A stretch of DNA of 64,000 nucleotides from Azolla caroliniana (lineage: Eukaryota; Plantae; Polypodiophyta), in contig JBHGNT010000014.1 of NCBI GenBank assembly GCA_043228905.1, forward strand, positions 18,414,001 through 18,478,000, given 5' to 3'. A program made the translations under genes and the position numbers. Positions 23,946-36,080 of the stretch are shown here, one piece after another; the stretch's first letter is position 1; each line of letters begins with the position of its first letter. The notes beneath the pieces were generated by a model. The model was not told where the DNA came from. It saw nothing but the letters and a program-made list of their open reading frames with translations, and searched no databases.

Positions 23946-26375
23946 AACAAAAGATAAAAGGACATCTTTGGGTATATGAGTGTGAGGGTTGAATTCAACC
24001 CCAATGAAAATATAGAAAACAACCCTAGTGTACTAAAGCCTACATCCCTAAGCTAGAAAAAATCCTTAGTGTAATGATAGAAAACATCCCTGGTGTACCT
24101 AACTTTTTACGACATGATCCCTTTATATGCATAACACATACATGTACACCACCTTGGGATCTTGGTTGATATAGGTAGAGAAAACATCCTTGCTTGCTAG
24201 ATCACAGTTGTGAAAGGGTTTCAAATGGTTGCATGAAAAATGCATTGGCCTTGGTTTACTACTGTCATACAAAAGATGGCAAACCTTATTTTCTTTTTAT
24301 AGGGATAACCAATGGCTTAGCACCTAAAATCATACTCTAAATCGTGATGTAATTTGTAGATGATTGTTTGTTGACTATACAAATTGATAACTTTCTTCCT
24401 TCGTGCTAAGTGAGCAACTATATTTTGTCTTTCGACTATTGGGTGTCTATCATTATTCAATCTTCGCCAAAGCATGAATGATCTAGCTCTTCCAATTTTA
24501 TAAGCTACTATTGCGTAATTTGAATAATTTGATTTGAAATACATTTAAAGTTTGGGAGTGAATTTAGCTTAACTATATTGACAACTCTATGTATAATGTC
24601 ACAATATGAGTTCTTCTTAGTATCAGAAATCGGAGATACCACCTTTTCATCAACACAACATGTGGAAAGTTGAACATTACGATTCCATAATGGTGTGACG
24701 ATATTTGTTTGGAAAACAATGTAGGAGACAATTAATGTTCACTTAGGTGTAGTAAAGCTAGGTTTAACAAAGGTGACGTGGAATCAAACAAACAAAGGGG
24801 TCCATGTTTTTAAATGAACAAACTCCTACTTATTATTTATATAAATTCAATGGAATGGTGCATTAAGAAATTCAATGAGAATGGGAATTAAATCCTCCTT
24901 TGTAATTTATTTTTCTTTTCACTTAACCATTAATTTATTCAATGTTATCTATCAATTGCTTAACAGTTTATGCATGTAACAATTCATAACTATATATATG
25001 TGTATGTAATGTATAAACATTTTGGCATGTTTTAGATTGCTGACTAGACACATGGCACGGGAAAGTAAAAGTTCACCACACTGATCAAAGTCACACCAAA
25101 TGAAACAAACTCACATGCAATCTTAATAAAGACCTTTAAAAATTATAATTAATTTTTACTCCATGGACATTTCTCAAATTGCCATGAAGGAGCTATCTTC
25201 TCTCAAACATGCTTTTATTCTCATTTTCCACAAAGACATTATTTCCATTGAACTTTTCTATTTCCTACTTTGTCACCATCCCTGTTTGTGTACAAAATGA
25301 GTAGAGATGGCCTATGCTAAACAAGACATTACATGTGAATAAAGTTTACAAGCACATATTTGGTAATTTGGTAAGCATAAGTAAAACATATTAAATGAGG
25401 GATTGTCTTCACCCAACCCACACACCTTTGTTAAAAGTCACTGTTTATATGCCTAAGGTTATGATGTACTAATACTATCTAGTAAGAAGAACTCTCTATG
25501 ACATGAGTACGATGCTATGTGTCATGACTCATGACTCACAACTCACATTAGAATAGGAGAAAAATATGAAAATGGGTATAGATGAAAGAAATAACATGAG
25601 AGAGATTGTTTATGACAAACATAATATCCTTTATGATGGCAAGCTCCTTCTCAATCTACACTTTCGTAGACATCTATTAAAAACATAATGAAGAATTATA
25701 TACTAAAGCACAATATAAAGGCATGCCTCTTGTAGATTACAAGTTATGTCTATACAATCACAAAATGAAAGGTAACCTTAAAGATCACGTGCTCACCAAG
25801 TCCTAATCAACAAGTCCAATATTACATTTTCATCAACTTTGTGATTAAATTACTCCAACAATCAGTTATAATGCTGCTACTTAAAGAATGAATTTGCAAA
25901 TGAGTTTGTCACATTTCAAGTGTTGAAGTGAACTAGTGGAGTGCTAGGAAATAATAAGTAAACAACAAACTTGGAAAATGAGTGATAATACCAAAAACGA
26001 TTTGTGATTGTGCTCTAGTGGATGCTAGTAAACAATAAATAAACAACTTTGGTGTGTAATATTATTTGATGAAATATCTGAACTCGAGATCTAGAGAGAT
26101 TTTAATGAAAGATGTTATAATAACCTCACTATGGTTAACAAAATTGAGAATTTGCATGAGTCAAAGAATTTGGAATTGTGAAGAACTCTATAAAGCATAT
26201 GACCAAAATGTTACAGTCATTGCATATAAGAACACCCAATTATGAGCTAACCATTATACAAATCTACACAACTTTCTAGCTTACGCTATGATATTTTATT
26301 ATGGATATGATCTTGATGTCCATGCCACATTAGTGACGTAGATTGGAGATGAACATATTAGCAAACATATTTTTC

Positions 26376-28590
26376 TGTAAACGGAGTGATGCGGAAGCGT
26401 AAACGAACAGACACCGAATACAACCGGTTCCACCGTGTCGAATATGGGTCTCTAATGGTCATATTCACACTGTCCCTTTGGACAGTCTAGGTTTAGGACA
26501 TCTTTGTAAATATGTCAAAGGGCAGTTGCCCTAGCTTAGTTAGTATATAATGGGCTTTGTAACCTGGTTCATAGGTGTTGCTATTGTTAGAGAGCTGTTG
26601 CCTCCATCATTGTAACGATTTTGAATAAAACTGTTACATTGTGTGCCTCTCTCTCTCTCTCTCTCTGTTCTTTGAGCTTGCCTCATCTTGTGCACTAGGT
26701 GATCGTCATCTCAAGGTGTTGTTAATGTTTCTGCACTGACGACCTTAGTTCCCAACATCTGGTATTAGAGTAGAGGTTCTTCAACACGCTGAGAGCCGTC
26801 ATCAACCTTCAACAACATTCTTGCCTTGTCTTCTTTGAAGAACTTTAGTTCAAGATCTCATCTTGAGAAGAGAAAGAAAAATAGAAGATTTGCACTCTAC
26901 CTAGCTAGATCAGCCTTAAGGTAAGACAACCGGCAACACCTTACTTCTGTGATTGTAGCTGCTTAGAGTGGAGTCTCTATTAAAGAGACCTTGATCGTGA
27001 TTTACCAGGTTAGACACTATCTACTCATTTGTTGTAACCTCTCAAAGCAGATCCAACTCCAGGAAACAACCCTTATTCGTGCTTCATTCGACTAGACGAC
27101 ATTCAGGAGGACCAGTCGGCTCCGTCCCTCTCATCGTTGTAGTCACTCGAGGCAGGATTGGCTTGGAAAATCGACACAAAATCTATGCTTGACTTCTTGA
27201 AATCAGCATCGGAATTGAATCGACAGATTCGTATCCAACTCGGCTAAGTCAGGCGACTTTAGTCACTTTGGACAGAATCTGCCAATAAGTCGAAATTGAT
27301 TCGACTTGTGTCCAAATCCGACTAGGATGATATCGAGTGAGCCAGTTAGTTGCATCCTACCACAGTTCGTAGTCGACTCCAGATAGAGTCTAGCAAGCTG
27401 ACACGGATGACATCAATATCCGGCTCATCTGAGATAAGTCTAAGGAAGTTCGACGGATCGAACTTCAACTTCTGGAAGGAGTAGATGCAAGACTAACTAA
27501 TAGTCAAGGGTTAGATAGATCCAATCGAGAACGAAAAACCTCAAGAAGGAATGAAGCCAAATGAGTGGACGAAACTCAATAGAATTGTTTGAGTCACCAT
27601 TCGGATGCACCTGTTGGAGTCCGTGTACTTCACAATGCAATTGTGTTCGACAACCTTTCAACTATGGAAGACATTGTCAGACACTTACAAGAAGAAGGTT
27701 GCTACCACAAAGATATATTTGATTTGGTGCCTTTACAACCTGCGGATGAAAGAATTTGACTCGGTCCAGGCACACCTGAATGAGTACGAAAGTTTAAACT
27801 CGCAGATTTCAGCTTAGGGGACAACAATCAAAGATGAACTGAGAGCAATGTTGCTCACGAGTAGTCTCCCCCCTTCGTGGGAAACTTTCGTTGCAGAAGA
27901 CTCGACAGATGAAGCTTATGTAGTACAAGGTTTAGCTGATCCACCGAACAGTCGGGGAAGAATTTTTTCCTAACAACCAAACAATCAACGAAGTCGGAGC
28001 AAGTCCCGGGACAACCGAATTTGCAACCACTACAAGAAACCCGAGAACATCAAAAGCCAATTACCATGCACTCAAATCGAAGAACGATAAAGCTTAGCGA
28101 GTTTATCAGAAGAATGGCCGGCATGAGGAGGTCAATTACGTTGGCTCCTAAGACGAAGTAATGTCGAACGACTTGAACATACTATCCATCGAAAACCCAG
28201 TCAAATAAGAAGTTTTGCTCAAGACTGAGGAATCGAGCACATGACTCTTGGATTCAGGTGCATCCTACCATGTGACCCCTCACAAATCCCAGTTTCAGCA
28301 ATATTCGGCCCGACACTCTGACTCAATACGAGTCGGAAATTCGCAGCACTGCACTATTATCAAAATCGACATTGTAGAACTCAATCTCCTAGGTGGTTCT
28401 ACATTAGTACTACACAATGTCCGACATGTACCTAAGCTCTCAAGACCTTTGATCTCAGTCGAACAATTGGATGAAGACGACATCCGCGTCAGCTTCTCAT
28501 AAGGAAGGTGAACACTCCACAAAGGGAACCTCTTGCTTGCTCGAGGACCGAAAGTACATTCTCTGTACCCATTATATGTCACACTCAGAG
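26376..28590 (+). mobile_element. Decayed, 3'-truncated Ty1/copia element (5' LTR, PBS, gag, protease)
   Basis: LTR ends ...cccaaCA at 26757, followed by PBS TGGTATTAGAG (tRNA-iMet-like) at 26760. Gag-like KFDGSNFNFWKE with many stops; protease LDSGASYHVTPH at about 28248. LTR start approximate. Confidence 0.85.
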
Positions 28591-28630
28591 CACTATGGGC
28601 TGACCGGACTACGCACAGTTCGGTGACCGG
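28591..28630 (+). mobile_element. 40-bp relic of gypsy integrase (LWADRTTHSSVT) fused to the copia remnant
   Basis: cactatgggctgaccggactacgcacagttcggtgacc matches the integrase sequence at about 35022-35058. Confidence 0.8.
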
Positions 28631-29428
28631 TGTCGTGGGGGATTCCAGCTACTTAGTCTTTATGTACAAACATGTGTAAATATCATTGATAGTATTAGTT
28701 GAGTGTTGAGGAATACTAGGTAGGAGTGATTTGGATGGGTACTTTAATGTCCCACGAAAAGAGAAGAATAAAGCATGTGTGGGGAAGAAACCGAGGGGCA
28801 ATCACTGACAGAATCGATTGTCTTAAACGTGATGTAACGGTCTCCCCTTGTGCTATAAAAGGGGAGGCTTTGAACTGTTTTGGGGATTGAAGGATTGAAG
28901 AATGAAGTGTTGACGGTTTGAGTGCCGAGCTCTGTTGTTCCCTCTATCTCTATTCTGTGTGGCTTACGAAAGAAGGTGGTGGCCTCTACTTGCGTAGGAA
29001 GCCCATGTGCTCCTGACTAGAGGTCGTCATTCTACGCGTGTGTGAGTAGAGCTCTAGGCTCTATCGCCGGCTGTGTTCGGTTGTAATATTTCCAGCTTTT
29101 CTCTGTTATCATTATTTGCCAATTTTATCCTTGTGTCCAAGCGTTCCCTCATTGTATATGTTTGTCACGGGTTCGTTGTGCCTGAGCCCGTGTGCTCGTC
29201 CATTGAGATCCGGTCACTGATCAAGAGCGGTATACGTCTCTGAGCACGTGTGCTCACTATCCTGCATCCGGGAATCGATCCGGGTCGGCTACATGTCCAG
29301 GACCCGATCCGGCTAAGTTGTCTGGAAACCGAACCGGACTACCTTCCTCTCTCACCGGTCTTTGGTGGTCCTGCCCCGTTTCATCAGGCACGCGCGGATT
29401 TCCGCGACATCTTTGGTGAACACAATGT
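28631..29428 (+). mobile_element. Element A: gypsy 5' LTR (28631-29409, TG...CA) plus a tRNA-Trp PBS interrupted by element B
   Basis: TGTCGTGG...CCGCGACA termini, TATA-like ctataaaa at about 28853, followed by tctt-TGGTGAACACAATGT (degenerate TGGTGAACCCGACGT). Confidence 0.8.
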
Positions 29429-32400
29429 TGTCATGAAGAAAACCGGCCATAGGCGGAATCGGAGAAAAAGGCGCATGAACCGGCTCTTACATGGGTGGAT
29501 GCGAGAATTGATATTTTGTACATGATTCATAATTAGGTCGGCTGATGTAAATACTAGGTAGTACACATTTATTAGGGAATTCGTGCGCATCTTTGTCAAA
29601 AAGGGACAGGGAATAAACTATTTAAGGAGGGAGAGAAGGTGGAAAGAGGTATCGCGCGTTGGCGAGGATGAAGTGCTGCTGCAAAACCGAGTGCCGAGCT
29701 CTTTCTTCTCCTCCGATCGTCGTTCTCGGTGGGTGTCGGGAATTCACTGCCTCTGCTTCGTGGACAACCCGTGTGCTTCCAGCAGAGGCTCTCCCCCTTT
29801 TTGTTTCTTTGGGTCGAGTGGCTGTCGTCTATGTGCGTGAGTAGGACCCTGTGTTAGGTCCATTACCGGTTTGCCAGTTGTAACCGTTCGAGTGGTAAGC
29901 TACTGATTATAGTAATCGGATTCCTGTTTCTTGATCTTCTTTTCTTTTTGTGTGTCTGCAACTCTCTCTTTCTCTCTCACTCTCTCCTTGGTCCAAGACC
30001 CCCGTGGTCCCGCCTCTTCCTACACGCACGCGCGAAACTTCACGACATAATTGGTGAACCCGACGTGAACAGGTGGCAAAGGAGTTGGAAGATGAGGGGA
30101 TCAGAGCTAGCAGAGGCAATGGTGGTAGCCGTCGACCGGCTGGTGAGCGCTCACGAGGGGACGGGTACCCTCGACAGAGGCATTGAATCGATCGTCGGCA
30201 GCATAGGCCGATTCGGTGGGAAGAATCCCACAAGTTATTTGGAGGCTTACCGGGCTGAAATGATCATGAGGGATATCCCGGTGGACAGGCGGCTGTCTGG
30301 ATTCCCTCGCGTGGTGACGCCAAGCATCCACGTGGAGGTGCTCGAGGTGCTGGCCGGATGCGAGACTTGGGAGGAGTTTGAGCTACAGCTCCTCGAGAAG
30401 TACGGGTTTGATGACTCGCTTCGGCTGTCGAGGCGGGACTTCATGGCGTGGATGGAAAGCCCCGGAAAGGGGAGGAACACGTCGGCGCTCCTCCAGGAGT
30501 TCGAAAAATGATTCGCGCGGCTGTCGACGCTGGACCGGACCGTGCTCGAAACGAGTCGAGTACTACTGTTTGTCAAGTCGGTGAATGCGCTCGACAAGGA
30601 AAAGGTGGGTCCCTTATTGGAGATGGACGAAGGGCTCACGACAGACTGGGCCGTGGTAAAATGGGTCTGCAGCCGTTTCGACAAACGGCGCGAGTGGAGC
30701 GACGGAAGCTCGTCGGAGTCAGGACCGGTCCCGGTGAGGAGGCTTGAGGAGCCGATATCGGTGCCAACCGGTGGGAGGGAAGAGACCCGAATTTGGATGG
30801 AGTCGGGGTCGGCATCGAACGACGTGGTCGAAGGCCCATCCGGAGGAGCGGCTCTGGAGGAGCTGACACAGATGGTGCGTGACCTGCAGATCGCATAGGC
30901 CCGGAGAGACAGCGGTGAACAACCTCGCAACCGGAGGCCGTCGGCTGGGCAACGATGCATGTGGTGTGATGCGATCGGTCACATTCGGAAGGATTGCGTG
31001 GATTTCGCCGACGCACTCATGACCAACGTGGTGTACCTCTGGAACGGGCGGGTGCACGCGAACGAGACCCGGAGAGCCCTAGAGCTGAATACGGGGCGCG
31101 ACGGAATGAAGAGGTTGATGGAAGAGGCCGCGGCACGGCATGTAGAAGCCGTTAACTACTCAGTGTCGGCGGGAATTCGGGTCGGGGGTGATGAGACTAC
31201 CTGGAAGGCGAAGGACTCCGGATTCTGGCCGCTAGTGCTAGAAGACCTCTTCGGAGTTCGGCTGAAGAAGGAATAGGCGGACCGCGCGGAACAGTGGGTC
31301 CAGGAGTTTAACAGATGGGACGATCCAGTCGAAGAGAAAACGGGCTTCGTAGAAGCCGCTTGCCAGAACTACGAGGTTCTGGTGGAAGACAAACGGGCAG
31401 GAAAGGCCGGAGGGGTCGGTCCACCACAGAGGTACGAGACCCGATTCGGACCGAAACCGACCGGTGCCGGCAACCCGGGCGCGCCGGATGGGAAGAAGCA
31501 GGCGGGGTTTCGGTTGAGCACCGAAATCGAGAGAGCAACGGACCTACGGAAGGTCCTTGAAGAGCGGATCCTCGACAGTAAAGTGCAGTTGTCGTTGCAG
31601 GAGGTGTTGGGAATCGCCAAGAGGGAGTTCCACGACTCCATCATAGACTTGGTGAAGCGGAAGAGGCTCTCGACGGAGCCGGAATTGGAGAAGGCGGTGG
31701 AGGTGCGGACTGCGCATTTAGAAGACACGACCCTAGAAGATGAGTTGGTGGAAAGCCACTACGCAAAGCTGCATTGGGCCAGGGCAACTACGAAAACCCC
31801 TGTGCGGATCGGCGACGTTCTGGAACCGGTGGTGGCCTTGGTAGACCATGGATCCGAAATCAACCTGATGTCCATGGATTTCTACAAGAAGGGTAAATGG
31901 CCGATCAACACCAAGCATGGGTGGAAGATATGCGCGGCGACGTGTGCTACGGAGGAGCTGCATGGTGCGTGCCTGAATGTACGCGTAAAGATCGGTGACG
32001 TCGAGATAGATCAACATTTCTTCGTACAGGAAACATCCTCGCACCCGGTGATTCTCGGCGAACCGTACATTACGGCAACACGCATGGAGACGAAGGTGTT
32101 GGACAACGGTTCGGCGTACGTGCACGTCAAGAGCCAAGATGGTCGACATTCCGTCTAGTTCATGATCGTACGTCTGAACCATGAGAGGAATCGCGAGACC
32201 CTCGGCGGCGACATCCGAGGGAATTTTTAGAGAGGGCTATCAAGGCGTGGGGCCGCGGTAGTCTGGACGTACCGGAAGAACCCCACACATGTACAGTAGG
32301 TAGGATGTTTTGGTTCTCCGAAAACGGAGGTTGTACTATAGCCGGCGTCAGCGGCCGGGAGAGGAAGAGAGCGGAGGAGCGGCTCAGGAGATGCAGAGTC

Positions 32401-35400
32401 CTCTCCCCCGACGAAGAGATCAGCGAGGCCGTGGAGGCGGTCTCTTTTGACGACACCTTGGGCGAGTTGCGAAAGGTGATCGGTGAAGACCTTAGAGAAG
32501 ACTGGACCGTTCTGGTTGGTTCGATGGGAATGTACGAAGTCATCGCGGATTTCGGGGAAAGGATCGGGTCGTATCGGACGGCCCGCGTGGATACAAAGTA
32601 CAAGACTGTGGACTGGAAGGTGAGGCTAGTCGCGGCACCCTTGCCGGAGGGCAGTGAGGAGCGGATAAAAGGGGTCACGTTGGACCCAAGTTTATGGAAT
32701 CCGGATGGCATAGGGCACCGGTTCACTGACATAACGCTACGAGAGCTCAAGGTCGGTGGGGGTGGCTTCCTACTGCCGGTGGAGGAGGACAGGTTTCGGA
32801 GAATGCTCGGAAGGCATAGAAAAGCCTTCGCGTTCTCGCCGGAGGAGATCGGGTGCGTGGACCCGACGATCGTCAAACCGATGGTGATCTTCACGGTACC
32901 GCATGTACTTTGGGATCTCAAACCGATTTCGGTGCCGAGAGATCACATCCTGAGGTTGATGGAGCTTTTGAAGCAAAAGGTGGAGATGGGCATCCTCGAA
33001 CCGTCAAGTGCCCCATATTTGAATCGGTGGTTTACGGTGCCGAAGAAGAACGGCACGCTGCGCTTCATTCAGGACCTGCAACCCGTCAACAGGGTGACCA
33101 TCCGTAATGTAGGAATCGGACCGACCATAGACGAGTTCGCGGAGGCCTTCGCTGGAAGGTCGATCTATTCGGTCGGTGACTTATACTCGGGGTACGACCA
33201 GTTCCAGCTAGCCGTGGAGAGCAGGGATATCACGACGATGCGAACTCCTCTTGGCCTAGTACAGATGTGTACCCTACCACAAGGCGGGACGAATTCGGTG
33301 GCGCATATTGTGAATGCAATGAACAAGGTGCTGAGGGACTGCATCCCGAACATCACCATGCCATTCTTGGATGACATCCCGATAAAGGAGTGTCCGGTGG
33401 AAGATACAGACGAGATTGTCGGGCCAGACGGATGCCAGAGGTTCGTCGTGAACCACATCAACGACTGCGAGAAGGTGTTGCAGAGGCTCGAGAGCGCACG
33501 ACTCACCTTCTCCGGAGAAAAATCGGTGTTCGGGCAGTCGGAGATCTTGGTAGTCGGACACCTGTGCGGGCCTTACGGTAGGAAACCGTCTCCGGCAAAG
33601 GTAGAGGCCATCTCCGCGATGAGGAACAATTGCGGGTCGGTTACGGAGGTCCACAGATTCTTGGGGGCATGCGTGTTCTACCACATCTGGATCCCCCACT
33701 ACGCACATGTCGCGGAACCCCTCTACGGACTATTGAAAAGGGGGCATAGCTTTGAGTGGAGGACGGAGCACACGGAGTCAGTCCGGAGACTAAAGGAGGC
33801 GCTTACGGTAGCACCGGCTCTCCGAAAAGCGGTTTACGGCAAGGATGTCCCCATTTGCGTGACGGTGGACACGAGCCCGACTAGGATCGGGTGGGTAATC
33901 AGTTAGGAGGACAAGGATGGCATACGGTTCCCGATCCGGTTCGGGGCGAAGGTATTGAGTGAGCGGCAGCGAGGATACGCCCAAGTTAAGCGCAAGCTTT
34001 GGGGTATCGTTTCGGCAGTCAAGGACGACAAGGACTATCTGATCGGGACGGAGGTAATAATCGAGGCGGACTGCTTGCCGATACTTGGCATGGTTTCCGG
34101 ATGCGTGACGCCGGACCTAGCAATGCTCCGGTGGATAGCGTACATTAAGTCCCTGAACCCGGAGATACGGCACATCTCCAGAAAGGATAACACCATGGCC
34201 GACATGCTTTCGAGAGCGAGGTTCAACGACGAAAGAATTCGACGAAAGCAGGTACGACGGGGAGTGGCTCCAAATCGGGAGGTTCCTACTGGCGATGACG
34301 CCGGACGCAGCGTGGACGAGAGAAGAGGCGAGCCGGGTACGGAAGAAGGCGTACCGATTCTTCCTACGGGACGAGTGCATATGGAGGCACCCAAAGAAAA
34401 GAAACGGCATCCCGCTCTGAGTAGTGACAAAGAAAAAAGAAAAGGAGGAATTACTGGCGGCATTTCACGAGAGTCCCTAGGCCGGGCACCGCGGAACGTG
34501 GGCCATATTTGAGAAGCTGAAGGGGAAGTACTGGTGGCTGGGGCTGTACCGGGACGTGCATCGGTTCGTAACGACTTGCGAAATTTGTCAGATGCACTTC
34601 GTAGTCCGACATCGGGATGAGCTACACTTCGTAGTCCAATTCAAGTGGATGGTGGACTTGGTGACGATGCCGATGGGAGTAGGACAGAAGCGGTACCTGG
34701 TTCTTGCGCGGGAAGATTTAACGAACCAGGTGGAAGGCCGTGCACTGCAGAACAAGACAACCGCGGTGGTATGCCGGTTCCTGATCGAAGAGGTAGTGTG
34801 TCGGTATGGGTGCATTGGGAAGATCGTGGCGGACTGGGGAGAGCTGGATGCGCGGGAAGCTGAGGAGCTGTTCGACCGGCTAGGGGTCAAACTCTCCCTC
34901 ACTACGGCGTACAATCCGGAGGTGAACGGGAAGGTAGAACGTGGGCACGGGCCGATCGTAAAGGCGTTGGTGCGTGCATGCGGAGGGCAGGTCAGGAATT
35001 GACCGCGGCTCCTTCCTTACACACTATGGGCGGACCGAACTACGCACAGTTCGGTGACAGGGTTTATGCCGGCAGAGTTGATGTATGGACATAAGCCGAT
35101 CATGCCGGTGGAACGGATGGTTTCTTCGTGGGCAGCGGTAGATTGGAAGGACGAGATGAGCCGAGAGGAGTTGCTGGCGGCGCGGATTCGACAGCTCGAG
35201 CGGAGGCCGGAGGACATGAAGCGGGCGAAGGAAAAGCTGCGGGCGGCAAGGGAGCGGAACAAGACCCGGTTCAACCAGACGCACCAGTTGCGACCAAAGA
35301 AGATTGAGGAAGGCGACTGGGTCTTGGTATACGACAGCAGCCTCGACAATCAGCACAAGGCGGTGCGAAAGTTCGCTAGGAGATGGTTCGGGCCCTACAC

Positions 35401-36080
35401 GGTGACGAGCGTGAACGACAACGGCACGTACAACCTCGCGGAACTCGACGGGACACGGGTAGCGGTACCGGTGGCTGGGTAGCGGATCAAAACGTTCAAG
35501 AAGCGGTTCGAAGAAGAACCGGAGCCGGCGAGCGAGAGCGACGAAGACGATCGGTTCGGGCCCGGCGAAGAATCGGAGAGCGATGAGTGAAGCTGGTTTT
35601 GTTCGGTATCTACCCGTCTCTGGCGCATGCCGATGGATGTGCGGTTTGGTGGGGGTGGATGTCGTGAAGAAAACCGGCGATAGGCGGAATCAAAGAAAAA
35701 GGCGCATGAACTGGCTCTTACACGGGTGGACGCGAGAATTGATATTTTGTACCTGATTCATAATTAGGTCAGCTGATGTAAATACTAGGTAGTACACATT
35801 TATTAGGGAATTCGTGCGCATCTCTGTCGAAAAGGGAAAGGGAATAAACTATTTAAGGAGGGAGAGAAGGTGGAAAGAGGTATCGCGCGTTGGCGAGGAC
35901 GAAGTGTTGCTGCAGAACTGAGTGCCGAGCTCTCTCTTCTCCTCCGATCGTCGTTCTCGGTGGGTGTTGGGAGTTCGCTGCCTCTGCTTCGTGGACAGCC
36001 CGTGTGCTTCCAACAGAGGCTCTCCCCCCTTTTGTTTCTTTGAGTCGAGTGGATGTCGTTTGTTTGCGTGAGTAGGACCC

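Noticed and set aside
19189-26300. Short ORFs and possible decayed transposon fragments in the AT-rich interval
   Set aside because: No recognisable motif, terminal repeats or consistent exon chain; some ORFs arise from (TA)n or (TTA)n runs.
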